DNA from: a virus | Lineage: Duplodnaviria; Caudoviricetes | IMG/VR virus record: IMGVR_UViG_3300037483_000621 | Location: 1-34,547 of that record | Reading direction: 5' to 3' (one strand) | Length of the DNA stretch: 34,547 bases | Shown: one piece after another, positions 17,935 to 27,093 of the stretch | Numbering within the stretch: position 1 is the stretch's first letter | Layout of the letters: the number at the start of each line of letters is the position of its first letter | Notes under the pieces: generated by a model | Seen by the model: the letters and a program-made list of their open reading frames with translations, nothing else | What the model was told of the DNA's origin: nothing | Database searches by the model: none | Position numbers and translations under genes: made by a program

Positions 17935-19241
17935 GAGTCCTCCGTCTTGGTCATGGGAATGGTGAGATTGGCGCCCTCTTCATTGGCGAGGAGTCGCAGT
18001 TCGTCGGGCGTCAGAACGTCGTTGGCGACGGCCAGGTAGCCCTTCTGCAGCAACTCGGCCACGGCGCGAGCCTTCGACGTGGACGCCGGACCAGCGAGCT
18101 TTGCGTCCTCCGCGATCTCGGACTTCTGAGCATCCGTCAGCGGGGGCAGGTTCAGCAGCGCGCGAGACTCGGTAACCGTCGCGAGGCGAGCCTCCTTGTT
18201 CGCGCGGATCTGCTCGTTGCGAGCGGCAGGATCCATGCGGAGGAACGCGTCAGTGTTGAACTTCACATACCGGTCCGCGAGGACCAGCCGTGCGATTGCC
18301 GTCTCGCGACGCTCGATCGCCTGGCCGAGTTTGAGCACAAGGAACTGCAGGTGACGCTCGGTGATGTTCGCATAGGTGATCGACGACCCCGAGTTGGGAA
18401 GGTCGACCAGGTCGCCGGGCGCGCCCATGAACCGCAGAATCTCGCGGTCCGACGCGTCAATCTCCTCGAGGAACTGTGCTTGCTTTGCCGACGACGAGAC
18501 CGACGTGTACGTCCAGTCGCCGCTCATGACCGCCGGTTCACCCGATGACGTAGCCGCCAAGAAGCGACGCTTGATGATGTCAGCCTCTTCGGACTTGAGC
18601 TCCTTGGTGCTCTTGCGAGCCAGCACCGCGCCGGGGGTTGCCCCGTTCGCAAACCAGTCGAGCGCGAACTCCTCCGCAGCGACGTGCTTCTGCATCGAGA
18701 ACTTCGCGTGCGCGATCGGTGAAAGCCCGATCGGGGAACCCGACACCACGTACTGTCGCTCGTGCCAAATCTCCGACGGGTCGTAGGCCGTCGTTCCGAT
18801 CAAGTACTTCTGAATGGTGCCGTCCTTGTGGGCGATCACCACATCACTGATGGGCGCTGGCAGGATCTGACTTGGCAGGCCGTTGGCGTCCTTCTCGAGG
18901 ATCACGCCAACGGCGTTGCCTTCGGTATCTAGGTCCTGCTGCGTGGCATACAGCCACTCTCCAAACGACATCGGATGAGTGGCGGCCCACATGTGCGGGG
19001 CGATCAACACCTTCGGCTTCGGCATTCGGGCAGGTACGGACGATCCCGTGTAGTCCTTGAACACGTTGATCGGCAGCGACGAGATGAGACCGGCGCGCAA
19101 GTCGGCTGCCGCCCACACCACCGAGATATGACGAGCACGCTTGCGTGTCACGCGCGTGCCAAAGCGTCGACCACCACGGCCACGGACACCGAAGTCCTGC
19201 AGCGTCATCCGCTGCTGCTGCGGGCCCCACAGGAGGCTCAT
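17931..19241 (-). CDS. Portal protein, HK97 family
   Basis: GLSPI, WFANGATPGAVL, AQFLE, ITYANI, YVKFNTDAFLRMD, ESRALLNLPPL. Confidence 0.95.
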   Translation of the reverse strand: MSLLWGPQQQRMTLQDFGVRGRGGRRFGTRVTRKRARHISVVWAAADLRAGLISSLPINVFKDYTGSSVPARMPKPKVLIAPHMWAATHPMSFGEWLYATQQDLDTEGNAVGVILEKDANGLPSQILPAPISDVVIAHKDGTIQKYLIGTTAYDPSEIWHERQYVVSGSPIGLSPIAHAKFSMQKHVAAEEFALDWFANGATPGAVLARKSTKELKSEEADIIKRRFLAATSSGEPAVMSGDWTYTSVSSSAKQAQFLEEIDASDREILRFMGAPGDLVDLPNSGSSITYANITERHLQFLVLKLGQAIERRETAIARLVLADRYVKFNTDAFLRMDPAARNEQIRANKEARLATVTESRALLNLPPLTDAQKSEIAEDAKLAGPASTSKARAVAELLQKGYLAVANDVLTPDELRLLANEEGANLTIPMTKTEDS

Positions 19242-19384
19242 CGACGACCACCCAGGCGCCACGACACGAACGCTGTGCATACCCCGCCGACAATGACACC
19301 CGCGGCGAGCTCGAGCATGCCGACGCCGACGGTGATCGCCGCCAAGCCCGCCAGGCCCAGCACGTCGCTGATGGTGTCACGCAT
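19238..19384 (-). CDS. 48-aa membrane protein between terminase and portal
   Basis: Manual translation MRDTISDVLGLAGLAAITVGVGMLELAAGVIVGGVCTAFVSWRLGGRR; GAGG RBS; ATGA overlap with portal. Confidence 0.75.
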   Translation of the reverse strand: MRDTISDVLGLAGLAAITVGVGMLELAAGVIVGGVCTAFVSWRLGGRR

Positions 19385-19396
19385 ATCGTCACATCC

Positions 19397-20878
19397 TCAA
19401 TACACCGACGTCGTCGGGTCGTAGTGGTCAGCGGAAGATCGAACAAAGCCCCAGTACCCCAGGGCCACCGCATAGAGCGGAGAGATGTCAGCGAGCGAAC
19501 GGCCCCGCCACCACCGCCACCGGTCACCCACGTTGCGCTTCACAGCGGCCGCGAGCGCCCCGTTGAGGTCCTTGTCCTCGGTGGTGCGGAACAGGCCCTT
19601 GAGGACCGCGTCGTAGTGCGCTCCACAGGCGTTGCAGATGTCGCCCGAGTTGAACAACAACACCTCGAAGCCGAGGGCCTCAAGGTCAGGGGCGAGAGAC
19701 GCCGCCGCACCATCGCCGGCGATGTAGACGGTGTCGCCACCGAACTTGCCGCGCAGCTCGTCTAGGAAGCTCGGAGCCCACGTGGTGCCCTGCTCGTAGC
19801 CGGCGAGGCGAGAACAGATCGTGCCCAGCGGGTCCGACGCTTGGCCGGTGATTGACACCGACGTCCACTCCCGGTCAGGACTGGTGTCGACGACGTACAC
19901 CGGAGGTGCTGCCTCAAGGTCGATCGGTTCGACCGCGTTGGGTGGCAGTACACACTGACGCCACGCCTCGACGGGGATCTCGGGGTCCTTGAGCCGGGCA
20001 CCAGGCCACCGGCCCAGGTACGCGCGGTCGAACTCGTCCGGGTCATTGGCGAACGCCTCAAACTCGGCGTACACCGTCTCGAGGGTGACCGTGTGACCGA
20101 GTGCCGGTAGGCACCGCTTCCACACCTCGGGGTCAGCGCGATCGCCGTCGTCGTCCGACCACTCGAAGTACGCGATACGACTGTTCGGGTCGCGGGCCTC
20201 GACAATCGCGCGGCCCAGCTGCACCTTGTCCCACAGGTAGACCGACTTGCCCTTGATGCCGGCAGCCGAGGTGATCCATGACTGGGCGTCCGCACGGGTC
20301 AGCATCATCGGGCGGAGGTTCTGTTCGATCGTCGCGTCAGCATGCTTGAACGCCTCGTCGATGAACGCTCGACCGACGGTGCCGCCGTGACCAGAGTCGT
20401 CCTTGACCGCGTCGATCATGATGCGTGAGTCAGTGATGAAACGAATGTGCTCGGACCCAGACTGACCCACCCAGCCCGGCTTGCTCTTGTCGCGACGCGG
20501 CTGCAGTAGCGCCGGTGCGTGTTTGCGGAGCGGTTCGTACCAGTTGACGTCCAGGCGGTCGAGCGCCTTGATGCGGTTCTGCGCCGTGTACACGCACATC
20601 TCGGACGTGCGAGACAGGGCCGCGAGGATCCCGTTATCGATCACCAGCGTCGTCTTGCCCTCTTGGCGGGTGATGACCAGGATGATCGTCCGGTACCAAG
20701 GGTTCCCCGTAGACGGATCAATCTCAAGCGCAATGTCTTCGACGTAGCGTTGCCACGGCATGTGCGGTCGACCGAGCATCTTGCCGACCTGAGCGGCTCT
20801 CCCACCGCGCGTCGCCCGCTGCGGGTTCCTCTCAGTCCCAAACCGAGGGGCCGGGAAGTCCAGTGAGCTAGGAGACAT
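19397..20878 (-). CDS. Terminase large subunit
   Basis: MPWQ, Walker A RQEGKTT, Walker B AFIDEAF, AYFEWS. Confidence 0.95.
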   Translation of the reverse strand: MSPSSLDFPAPRFGTERNPQRATRGGRAAQVGKMLGRPHMPWQRYVEDIALEIDPSTGNPWYRTIILVITRQEGKTTLVIDNGILAALSRTSEMCVYTAQNRIKALDRLDVNWYEPLRKHAPALLQPRRDKSKPGWVGQSGSEHIRFITDSRIMIDAVKDDSGHGGTVGRAFIDEAFKHADATIEQNLRPMMLTRADAQSWITSAAGIKGKSVYLWDKVQLGRAIVEARDPNSRIAYFEWSDDDGDRADPEVWKRCLPALGHTVTLETVYAEFEAFANDPDEFDRAYLGRWPGARLKDPEIPVEAWRQCVLPPNAVEPIDLEAAPPVYVVDTSPDREWTSVSITGQASDPLGTICSRLAGYEQGTTWAPSFLDELRGKFGGDTVYIAGDGAAASLAPDLEALGFEVLLFNSGDICNACGAHYDAVLKGLFRTTEDKDLNGALAAAVKRNVGDRWRWWRGRSLADISPLYAVALGYWGFVRSSADHYDPTTSVY

Positions 20879-21386
20879 CCGGCCGAGTCAGGGACTCCAG
20901 GAACGTCCTGACCGGCTCCGACAGTCCTTGATCGCCCGACGTCGCGCCCTCGTCACCGTCGCCACCAGGGATTGTCACCGCATTCAGACGGCCCAGCATC
21001 TCGAGTGTGCGCGACTCAACGCCCGAGATGATGTCATACCGCTCATGTATCCGGGTCTGGTCCAACACGCGGGCGTTGAACAACGTCATCGCCGCGAGCG
21101 TCGCCTTGTACGGGGCGATAGAACCCTCGAGGTTGAGCTCAGCAAGGAAGGCCCGTTCGATGATGCCCGCCTTCGCATCCTGTTCGAGCTCGGGCAGGTC
21201 CGGCCGAGCCGGCGTGAGAGGCTCAACGACGTCCGTCTCGGGTACTGCGGCCGCAGATACCTCTCGTGCCTTGCGGTCACGGTACTCACGCATCGCCTCA
21301 CGGTGAGCCGAACGACAGCACTCCTTGCGGCAGCCACGCTTGTACCCCGCGTTCGTGCCGTGCGGGAGGTCCGTGTGACGAGGCAT
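20868..21386 (-). CDS. Probable terminase small subunit with N-terminal Cys/His motif
   Basis: Directly upstream of and overlapping the large subunit; HGT..GY..GC...CR motif; AGGAGG RBS. Confidence 0.65.
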   Translation of the reverse strand: MPRHTDLPHGTNAGYKRGCRKECCRSAHREAMREYRDRKAREVSAAAVPETDVVEPLTPARPDLPELEQDAKAGIIERAFLAELNLEGSIAPYKATLAAMTLFNARVLDQTRIHERYDIISGVESRTLEMLGRLNAVTIPGGDGDEGATSGDQGLSEPVRTFLESLTRPDVS

Positions 21387-21517
21387 GTGGCACCTCCTGG
21401 GTGTGTAGAACGCCTACCGGGGGATCTGAGTGGGGAGAAAAAAATGCCAGTTGGGCGATCCCGCATGTGGCCGACTCCCTAAAAACCGCTGGTACACAGG
21501 CGGGACAGTGAGAGCGG

Positions 21518-21829
21518 TCAGCCGTCGTACAGCGAGAGTCGCGGGGTGCCGAAGTCACGCAGTCGACGGTTGTCCGGAGACCTACGCTGTTGATTACCGA
21601 GGGCACTGTTGCATCCGCGGTGCATCGGCTCCAGGTTGCCCAGGTCGTCCGTGCCGCCTTGAATGGTGGGCACCTTGTGGTTGACCGTTGCCGCCTTGGG
21701 ATGCAGCCACCATCGGGGGATCTCCAGGTCACCCTTGAACAGCATCGGCTCGCCACACGCCACACAGTTGGGGCGGGAGCGCAGCACGATCTCCGAGTTG
21801 CGGCGGAACTGTGTGGAGTCGGACGGCAT
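21518..21829 (-). CDS. HNH endonuclease (packaging-associated)
   Basis: CxxC...TVNHKVP..GGTDDLGNLEPMHRGCN; before the terminase genes; GGAG RBS. Confidence 0.9.
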   Translation of the reverse strand: MPSDSTQFRRNSEIVLRSRPNCVACGEPMLFKGDLEIPRWWLHPKAATVNHKVPTIQGGTDDLGNLEPMHRGCNSALGNQQRRSPDNRRLRDFGTPRLSLYDG

Positions 21830-21989
21830 CACATCTCCATCCACAGGCCCGCATCGCTGGAAGGGCAGGGGAAGCCGGGCCGCACGGCCTCGCCACTGAT
21901 TGGTCGGAGCGCTGTCACTCCACGGCACGCAGCACCCACGCCAACGCACGGCCAGCCGGCATCCCCAGGGGCCCAGTCCCGGGCATGCG

Positions 21990-22019
21990 AAAGGCCCGGT
22001 CGCAGTCACGAACCGGGCC
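21990..22019 (-). terminator. Terminator in the late leader
   Basis: Minus strand GGCCCGGT...ACCGGGCC followed by TTT. Confidence 0.65.
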
Positions 22020-22056
22020 CTGATCTGAACCGAGGCGCACCTCGTCCAGTGGCTCC

Positions 22057-22086
22057 AGTGTAGACAAGCACCCCTCTCGCGGGCAA
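22057..22086 (-). promoter_or_regulatory. Putative late promoter
   Basis: TTGCCC-18 nt-TACACT on the minus strand at the early/late boundary. Confidence 0.6.
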
Positions 22087-22115
22087 CTACCTGTCGCATG
22101 GGCGTGTCGCGCACG

Positions 22116-22310
22116 CTACTCCGACGGAATGTCGCGGCCTCGATAGAGCTCCTGCAGCGCGGCCAGGCGCGGCCAGATGGTGACGCCACGCGGGCCGCGG
22201 CCGAGCGGCTCGATGCCTGCTCGCTTCAGGCGCTTGATCACCGCGTCGCGCGAGATCTCGAACCACACGGCCAGGGCCGACGTCGTCACCTCGTCACCCG
22301 GCTTGATCAT
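22116..22310 (-). CDS. Small HTH DNA-binding protein
   Basis: VTTSALAVWFEISRDAVIKRLKR HTH pattern; ATGA-coupled; last early gene. Confidence 0.7.
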   Translation of the reverse strand: MIKPGDEVTTSALAVWFEISRDAVIKRLKRAGIEPLGRGPRGVTIWPRLAALQELYRGRDIPSE

Positions 22311-22906
22311 CGCAGCCCCAGCACGGCCGCACGGTTGGCCAACATCGCATCCATCGTGTGTCGCCTGTTCTTCGAACACACCGCCACCGGGCGCGTGTCC
22401 TTCCACGTCCGAATCCGCTCCCCCTCAGTCACTGAAGACTCGATGTCTGGCAACTCGATCCGGTACTCACCACCACACCCCTCGGCGCACGGCACACCGA
22501 TCGGGTTCCAGCGCGTCGGGTCCGGATCCTGTGCTGCTTCGACCACACCCAGGACGCGCTCGACCTCGGGCACGAATGCCCTGCGCAGTTCAGCTGTCTC
22601 GGTGAAGTGCCCAACGTGCGACAGCAGCGCGTCGAGGTACTCGCTGGTGCCGGACATCACCGCACACCACGGGCACGACGCCGTCCGGATCAGGAGAGCA
22701 GCCCACTCGGCCGCAAACATCTCCACCTCGCGGCGAGCATCCATCACGTCAACGTCGCCAGGCGCCGGCGGCATCGCCTCAGACCGAGTCACCTTCTCCG
22801 ACCGCGACGGACGTGGACGCCGATCCAGATCCTTCTCCAGCTCTCGCCACAAGCGAGCAACCTGACGCACCTGGGCCGCAAGCACCACCGACGCATCCTC
22901 ATCCAT
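22307..22906 (-). CDS. Conserved phage protein with Zn-ribbon (possible late regulator)
   Basis: PIGVPCAEGCGG...VCSKNRRH motif at the end of the early operon. Confidence 0.6.
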   Translation of the reverse strand: MDEDASVVLAAQVRQVARLWRELEKDLDRRPRPSRSEKVTRSEAMPPAPGDVDVMDARREVEMFAAEWAALLIRTASCPWCAVMSGTSEYLDALLSHVGHFTETAELRRAFVPEVERVLGVVEAAQDPDPTRWNPIGVPCAEGCGGEYRIELPDIESSVTEGERIRTWKDTRPVAVCSKNRRHTMDAMLANRAAVLGLR

Positions 22907-24065
22907 GAGGACCACCAGCCTTGCCACCACGGCGGGCACGGCGGCGGCGCGGGCCAGGCCCTGCGCCACCCCCGTCACCATCCCCTCCCTTCCCTACCCC
23001 ACACGTAAGACCCCCCACTTTTGGAGGCTGTTTTGTGCGGGAATCGGGGGGGTCGGGTGGTGAGTTCGCCTGATGAGTTTCGATCGAACTGCGATCGGAT
23101 TGCGGGCGAACTGCGGAGCGCGGGATCCCACTGGTTGCAGGGTCGCGCAGGGGCGCGGTATCCGCCGGTGAGGCGGGTCGCGCGGGTTGTGAAGCGGTGT
23201 CCGCCTGGTGGGCGGGTCGCTGACCAGGAGAGGACGTTTCGTCCCCGGAGACGGCCTCCTGGGGCCGCTCAGGGGCGCGCGGTGTTCCGCTGGGTGCGGA
23301 GTCGTGCGAGGGCGCGGTGTCCGCCGGTGAGGCGGGTCGCGCGGTAATGGGGATCAGCGGCAGCAGCCACTTCTTCCCCGTTGGGCGGACGCCAGTGTGG
23401 CCACGGCCGCGCAAGTACTTGGCCGTCGAGTCCGTGTAGAACGGCACCTCAGGCGGAGGCTGGTGTGAGGCGAAGTCGTTCGCATCGACACGGTCAGAGC
23501 GGATCCCGTTGCACCGGCCACACGTGACCGCGAGCGCTTCGGGGTCTCCGTTGGCGAGGATGCGGGGGTTGATGTGGTCGAGGGTGCCCTTGAGTGGGTC
23601 TTCTTTCTTCGCGCCCCAGTTGACGACGACGTGACAGCAGCGGCATTGGTCGCCGTCGCGGAGGCGGACGAGTTCGCGGACGATGGGGTCGGAGACGTCC
23701 TTGCGTTGTGCTGCCCGCCAGGCGAGGGTTTCGGGCTTCTCCCAGTGGGCGAGTTTGGGGTGTGGGCGTAGGCGGTATCCGTCCGGCCCGGTCACCTCGA
23801 GGTAGTTGTATCGGATCAACGCGTCGACGAGGAGGTCTGTCTCCCAGGGTTCGATCGCGACGAGGTCGCCGCGGCTGACGACACCGGCGACGTGGTGCGC
23901 CGCGGTGCCAGTTTGGACGGCGGCGACCGCGGCCTTCTGCGACATGGAGACAAGCTCGATGTATGCACCGAGGAGCGCGGACCGCAGGAGCGGGCGTGCT
24001 TCGGCCATGGGGGCGACCACGACCTGGTGGCCGGCAGTCTCGTCGTAGAAGTGGTTGACAGCCAC
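22899..24065 (-). CDS. HNH-domain protein with repeat-rich C-terminus (putative replication initiator)
   Basis: RDGDQCRCC...TLDHINP...VTCGRCNG HNH motif; internal DNA repeats. Confidence 0.75.
   Translation of the reverse strand: MAVNHFYDETAGHQVVVAPMAEARPLLRSALLGAYIELVSMSQKAAVAAVQTGTAAHHVAGVVSRGDLVAIEPWETDLLVDALIRYNYLEVTGPDGYRLRPHPKLAHWEKPETLAWRAAQRKDVSDPIVRELVRLRDGDQCRCCHVVVNWGAKKEDPLKGTLDHINPRILANGDPEALAVTCGRCNGIRSDRVDANDFASHQPPPEVPFYTDSTAKYLRGRGHTGVRPTGKKWLLPLIPITARPASPADTAPSHDSAPSGTPRAPERPQEAVSGDETSSPGQRPAHQADTASQPARPASPADTAPLRDPATSGIPRSAVRPQSDRSSIETHQANSPPDPPDSRTKQPPKVGGLTCGVGKGGDGDGGGAGPGPRRRRARRGGKAGGPHG
23118..23344. repeat. Iteron-like direct repeats within the HNH/replication gene
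   Basis: 23151..23185 and 23310..23344 match 34/35; degenerate copies at 23194..23220, ~23276 and ~23118. Confidence 0.75.
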
Positions 24066-24083
24066 GGGTCGCTGGGATCCTCT

Positions 24084-24335
24084 CTAGTTTTGGTGTTCGC
24101 CATACGGGCGGGCGGGGGTGAATCCCATCGGGTGGATGCTCTTCGGTGCGGTGTGGTCGGCGCTGGATCCGAGAGTTGATTCACTCGATCCCTGTTGTGA
24201 GGTCGGCTCCTCGTGGCCTTCGTGCTTGGTACGCCACTCCGCAAACGACTTCCGTACTGCGTCGAAGGTGACCTCCGACGGCACGGCATCGATTTCGAGG
24301 CGTGCACCACACCTGCAGGTCTCAGCGATCTTCAT
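24084..24335 (-). CDS. Hypothetical protein (CxC...HxxH)
   Basis: GAGGGG RBS; fits the operon tiling. Confidence 0.7.
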   Translation of the reverse strand: MKIAETCRCGARLEIDAVPSEVTFDAVRKSFAEWRTKHEGHEEPTSQQGSSESTLGSSADHTAPKSIHPMGFTPARPYGEHQN

Positions 24336-24344
24336 GACGTCCCC

Positions 24345-24503
24345 TCAGTCGGAGCATGCGCACTCGCCGGTGCGGGGGTCAATGTGGCCCTCGCACGAGG
24401 AGCAGGTCGATGGGTCGTGGACTACTGGTGCGAGTTGCGGGCAGGCCGCGAGCGCGTGGGGGCCGTTGCAGTTGACACAGATGCGGGTACGGGTGGTGGT
24501 CAC
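24345..24503 (-). CDS. 52-aa Cys-rich zinc-finger-like protein
   Basis: Manual translation MTTTRTRICVNCNGPHALAACPQLAPVVHDPSTCSSCEGHIDPRTGECACSD; GTGA overlap; GAGGGAG RBS. Confidence 0.7.
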   Translation of the reverse strand: MTTTRTRICVNCNGPHALAACPQLAPVVHDPSTCSSCEGHIDPRTGECACSD

Positions 24504-24973
24504 TGAGGCGCTCCCTCAAGTTGCAGCAGCGGTGCTGGTGCGCCCGCGAGGTACTGGGCTTCGATGCCGGCGGCTGTCGCCTCATACACCGTTTGGCCAC
24601 CTGGTAGCAGGATGTGGGGCAGGAACTCCTGCTCGAATGTGACGATGCCCGACTCGACCGCTTCAAGCTTCGCCTTCACCACGAGCGCGAGCGCACGCCA
24701 ACGTTGGCGCACGGCCTGCTCGTAGGCGGCCTCGGCCTGGGTCGGGGAGCGCGGGGTGTCACGTGTGGGCGTATGCGTGAACTCGCGTGCCTGGCGGTCG
24801 GGCAGGGGCATCGTGAAGCGGATGACGCGCTGCTCGGCCGTGAACTGGATCCGAGCGCCTGACCGATTGGTGGCGTAGCCGAACTCGTCGGCACCGTACC
24901 TGGTGAGAATCTTCTCGATCTCTGCGCGGGAACGGTCCGACGGGACGGACGTGGACGCTGCAAACTGACTCAT
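24500..24973 (-). CDS. Conserved phage hypothetical protein
   Basis: TSV..DRSRAEIEKILTRYGA...QRWRALALVVKAKLEAVESGI..FEQEFL, a pattern seen widely in phages. Confidence 0.85.
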   Translation of the reverse strand: MSQFAASTSVPSDRSRAEIEKILTRYGADEFGYATNRSGARIQFTAEQRVIRFTMPLPDRQAREFTHTPTRDTPRSPTQAEAAYEQAVRQRWRALALVVKAKLEAVESGIVTFEQEFLPHILLPGGQTVYEATAAGIEAQYLAGAPAPLLQLEGAPQ

Positions 24974-25401
24974 GACTGCCCCTCGGCGTCCACCTTGGTG
25001 CCGCACCGCTCGCAGTACGCGTACCCGGGTCGGTGGAAAGCACTGTCGCCGGGAGCCGTGTACGGCTCAACGGTGCGAATCGTGGTGTGGCCAAACCGCT
25101 TACACCGCTCAGTGTCCGCACACCCCCCACACAGGACCGTGCCGTCCTCCAACAGCACCCACTCCGAGGTGAGCACCATGGCGATCGCCTCCGCCACGCT
25201 GTCGAAGTGAAGCGTGACGTCGTCACCGTTGTACGCCTCACCACAACCAGAGCAGGAGACTGTCACGCACGGGTGGTCAGACACCACGACAGACGGTGGT
25301 GGTGGGGCGTCGGCCGGCCACGCGTCACGGGTCGGCAACTCAACATCGGGTGCCGTGTCTTCCGGCTCGGGGGTCACGTCGACGAACGTCGGGCCGCTCA
25401 T
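24970..25401 (-). CDS. Cys-rich hypothetical protein
   Basis: Three CxxC motifs; ATGA overlaps on both sides. Confidence 0.75.
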   Translation of the reverse strand: MSGPTFVDVTPEPEDTAPDVELPTRDAWPADAPPPPSVVVSDHPCVTVSCSGCGEAYNGDDVTLHFDSVAEAIAMVLTSEWVLLEDGTVLCGGCADTERCKRFGHTTIRTVEPYTAPGDSAFHRPGYAYCERCGTKVDAEGQS

Positions 25402-25913
25402 GCCGGCACCTCCTCGGTGCAGTCAGGGCACTCCGACTCCTTGCCGTCGACGAAGGTCACCATTCGGTCGCCACGGGGGTCGGGGTTGCTGAGGTGGGAG
25501 TGGTGGTCTGGTTCGGGGCCGCACTGGTACGGCTTGATTTCGTGCCAGTCGACGGCGTACTCGACCGCGAACTCGCTGATCCACTCCGAGACCTCACCGG
25601 TCGCGCGCGTCGCCATGAAGTCCCACGCCTCCTGACCGGACAAGCCCTTGTGGAGTGCGACCGCCAGCAACGCCAGGTCCGCCTCGCGAAGCATCGTCAT
25701 GATCCGCTCGCCCGCCAGTGTGCGAGGCTCAACCGAACCCCACGATGTGCCGGACACGTCGTAGCCGATCGCGCGCGACAGGTGGTACCTCACCTCTACG
25801 TCAAGCGGACGGGCCTCGCCCTCTTCAGGGACCGGATAGAGCTCGTGGGCGTAGCGGCGCTTCGTCCGACGAGTGGGCTCGAAGGGAGCTCGATCCACAG
25901 GTGTGTCGGTCAT
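25398..25913 (-). CDS. Hypothetical protein
   Basis: ATGA-coupled on both sides; C-terminal CPDC. Confidence 0.75.
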   Translation of the reverse strand: MTDTPVDRAPFEPTRRTKRRYAHELYPVPEEGEARPLDVEVRYHLSRAIGYDVSGTSWGSVEPRTLAGERIMTMLREADLALLAVALHKGLSGQEAWDFMATRATGEVSEWISEFAVEYAVDWHEIKPYQCGPEPDHHSHLSNPDPRGDRMVTFVDGKESECPDCTEEVPA

Positions 25914-26242
25914 GACTTCTTGTCCTTCCGGTATGCGGGGTCCTTCGGATTCGTGATGGTGTCTTCGTGGACGACCTGGCCGTCCGGGAGGATGTACGTG
26001 TCCCGGAAGCCCACCATCGGCGAGCGTCCGTGCTCATCCGCATGATCACGCGGGACCGGATTCGGGACACCACGTCGACGCACCAGCGGACGGCTCTTCA
26101 CCCACGCACGCAGGCCCGCGGAAGACCGCTGCCCGACATAGGTGATGTGCATCTGCCGCGAGCGCTCCTGCAGGGAGTCCCAGTTCGGGTACACCTCACG
26201 GAGCGCCTTCAACAAGACGGCAGGCGGCGTCGGGGCGGTCAT
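25910..26242 (-). CDS. Hypothetical protein
   Basis: ATGA-coupled to the methyltransferase stop. Confidence 0.7.
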   Translation of the reverse strand: MTAPTPPAVLLKALREVYPNWDSLQERSRQMHITYVGQRSSAGLRAWVKSRPLVRRRGVPNPVPRDHADEHGRSPMVGFRDTYILPDGQVVHEDTITNPKDPAYRKDKKS

Positions 26243-27093
26243 GCGGTCACCCTCAGCTGCTCTAGAAGGTCGGGTGATGAGATGTGGCGGTTCGACCACA
26301 CCACCTCAGTGCGCGCTCCGTACACGCCGCCCTGGGCGGTCCCCGAGGCGATCTCTACACGGTCCCAGTCGGCGTACAAACGCTCATACAGCGGCGACGA
26401 GTACCCCGAGATCACGACTGACGCTTTCGCAGCCAACAGCGACGCGGCGAGCGCAACGTGTTCGGGCTCGCTCACCATCTCGTGGCGGTACCCGTAGGAG
26501 TTCCTGCTCGAGCGCAGGTATGGCGGGTCGGCATAGATCAGGACGTCGGGGTGCGGGGCGTAGCGGTCGATCATGACGTCTGCGTTGAGCGTCTCGAGCG
26601 TGACGTTCTGCAGGCGTTCCGCGAGCGCTGCCATGCGGTCGCAGTAGGCGCGGAGGTATCCGGGCAGGCTGAGGCTTGAGCCGTTGGGGTCGACGTGCAT
26701 GCGCCACTGTGAGGTGGAGGACTTCGACGCCCGGCCTTGTGCGAACACGGTGAAGACCCTGCGGGCAGCTTCGAGCTCATCGGCCGGGGTGCGGGGTGAC
26801 GGTTCGACGTAGACACGAGTGGCGTTCTCGTACTCGGCGCGAGCATGCGGTGTCAATACGCAGGCCCGGATCAGTTCATCGGGTCGGTCGCGGAGGACCC
26901 GCCAGAACGTCATCAACGCTTGGTCCTTGTCGGACACGGTCTCCATGCGAGAGGGGCGCTTCGCGAGGAGCACCGAGAGCCCGCCCGCGAACGGCTCCAC
27001 GTAGTGCTCGTGTTGCGGGAACAGGGCGACGATCGCCGGCGCGACGCGCTGCTTCCCACCGAAGTACGGGAACGGAGGTGCGAGCGCGGTCAT
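26239..27093 (-). CDS. Orphan N6-adenine DNA methyltransferase (Dam/D12 class)
   Basis: PFPYFGGK, YVEPFAGG (SAM binding), YADPPY (catalytic), RTEVVWSN. Confidence 0.95.
   Translation of the reverse strand: MTALAPPFPYFGGKQRVAPAIVALFPQHEHYVEPFAGGLSVLLAKRPSRMETVSDKDQALMTFWRVLRDRPDELIRACVLTPHARAEYENATRVYVEPSPRTPADELEAARRVFTVFAQGRASKSSTSQWRMHVDPNGSSLSLPGYLRAYCDRMAALAERLQNVTLETLNADVMIDRYAPHPDVLIYADPPYLRSSRNSYGYRHEMVSEPEHVALAASLLAAKASVVISGYSSPLYERLYADWDRVEIASGTAQGGVYGARTEVVWSNRHISSPDLLEQLRVTA

Noticed and set aside
23118-23344. Mini CRISPR array or DGR template/variable repeat
   Set aside because: Irregular spacing, degenerate in-frame copies, and no cas or reverse transcriptase gene in the window.
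26239-27093. Restriction-modification system
   Set aside because: No recognisable endonuclease nearby; the MTase sits within the early operon as an orphan.
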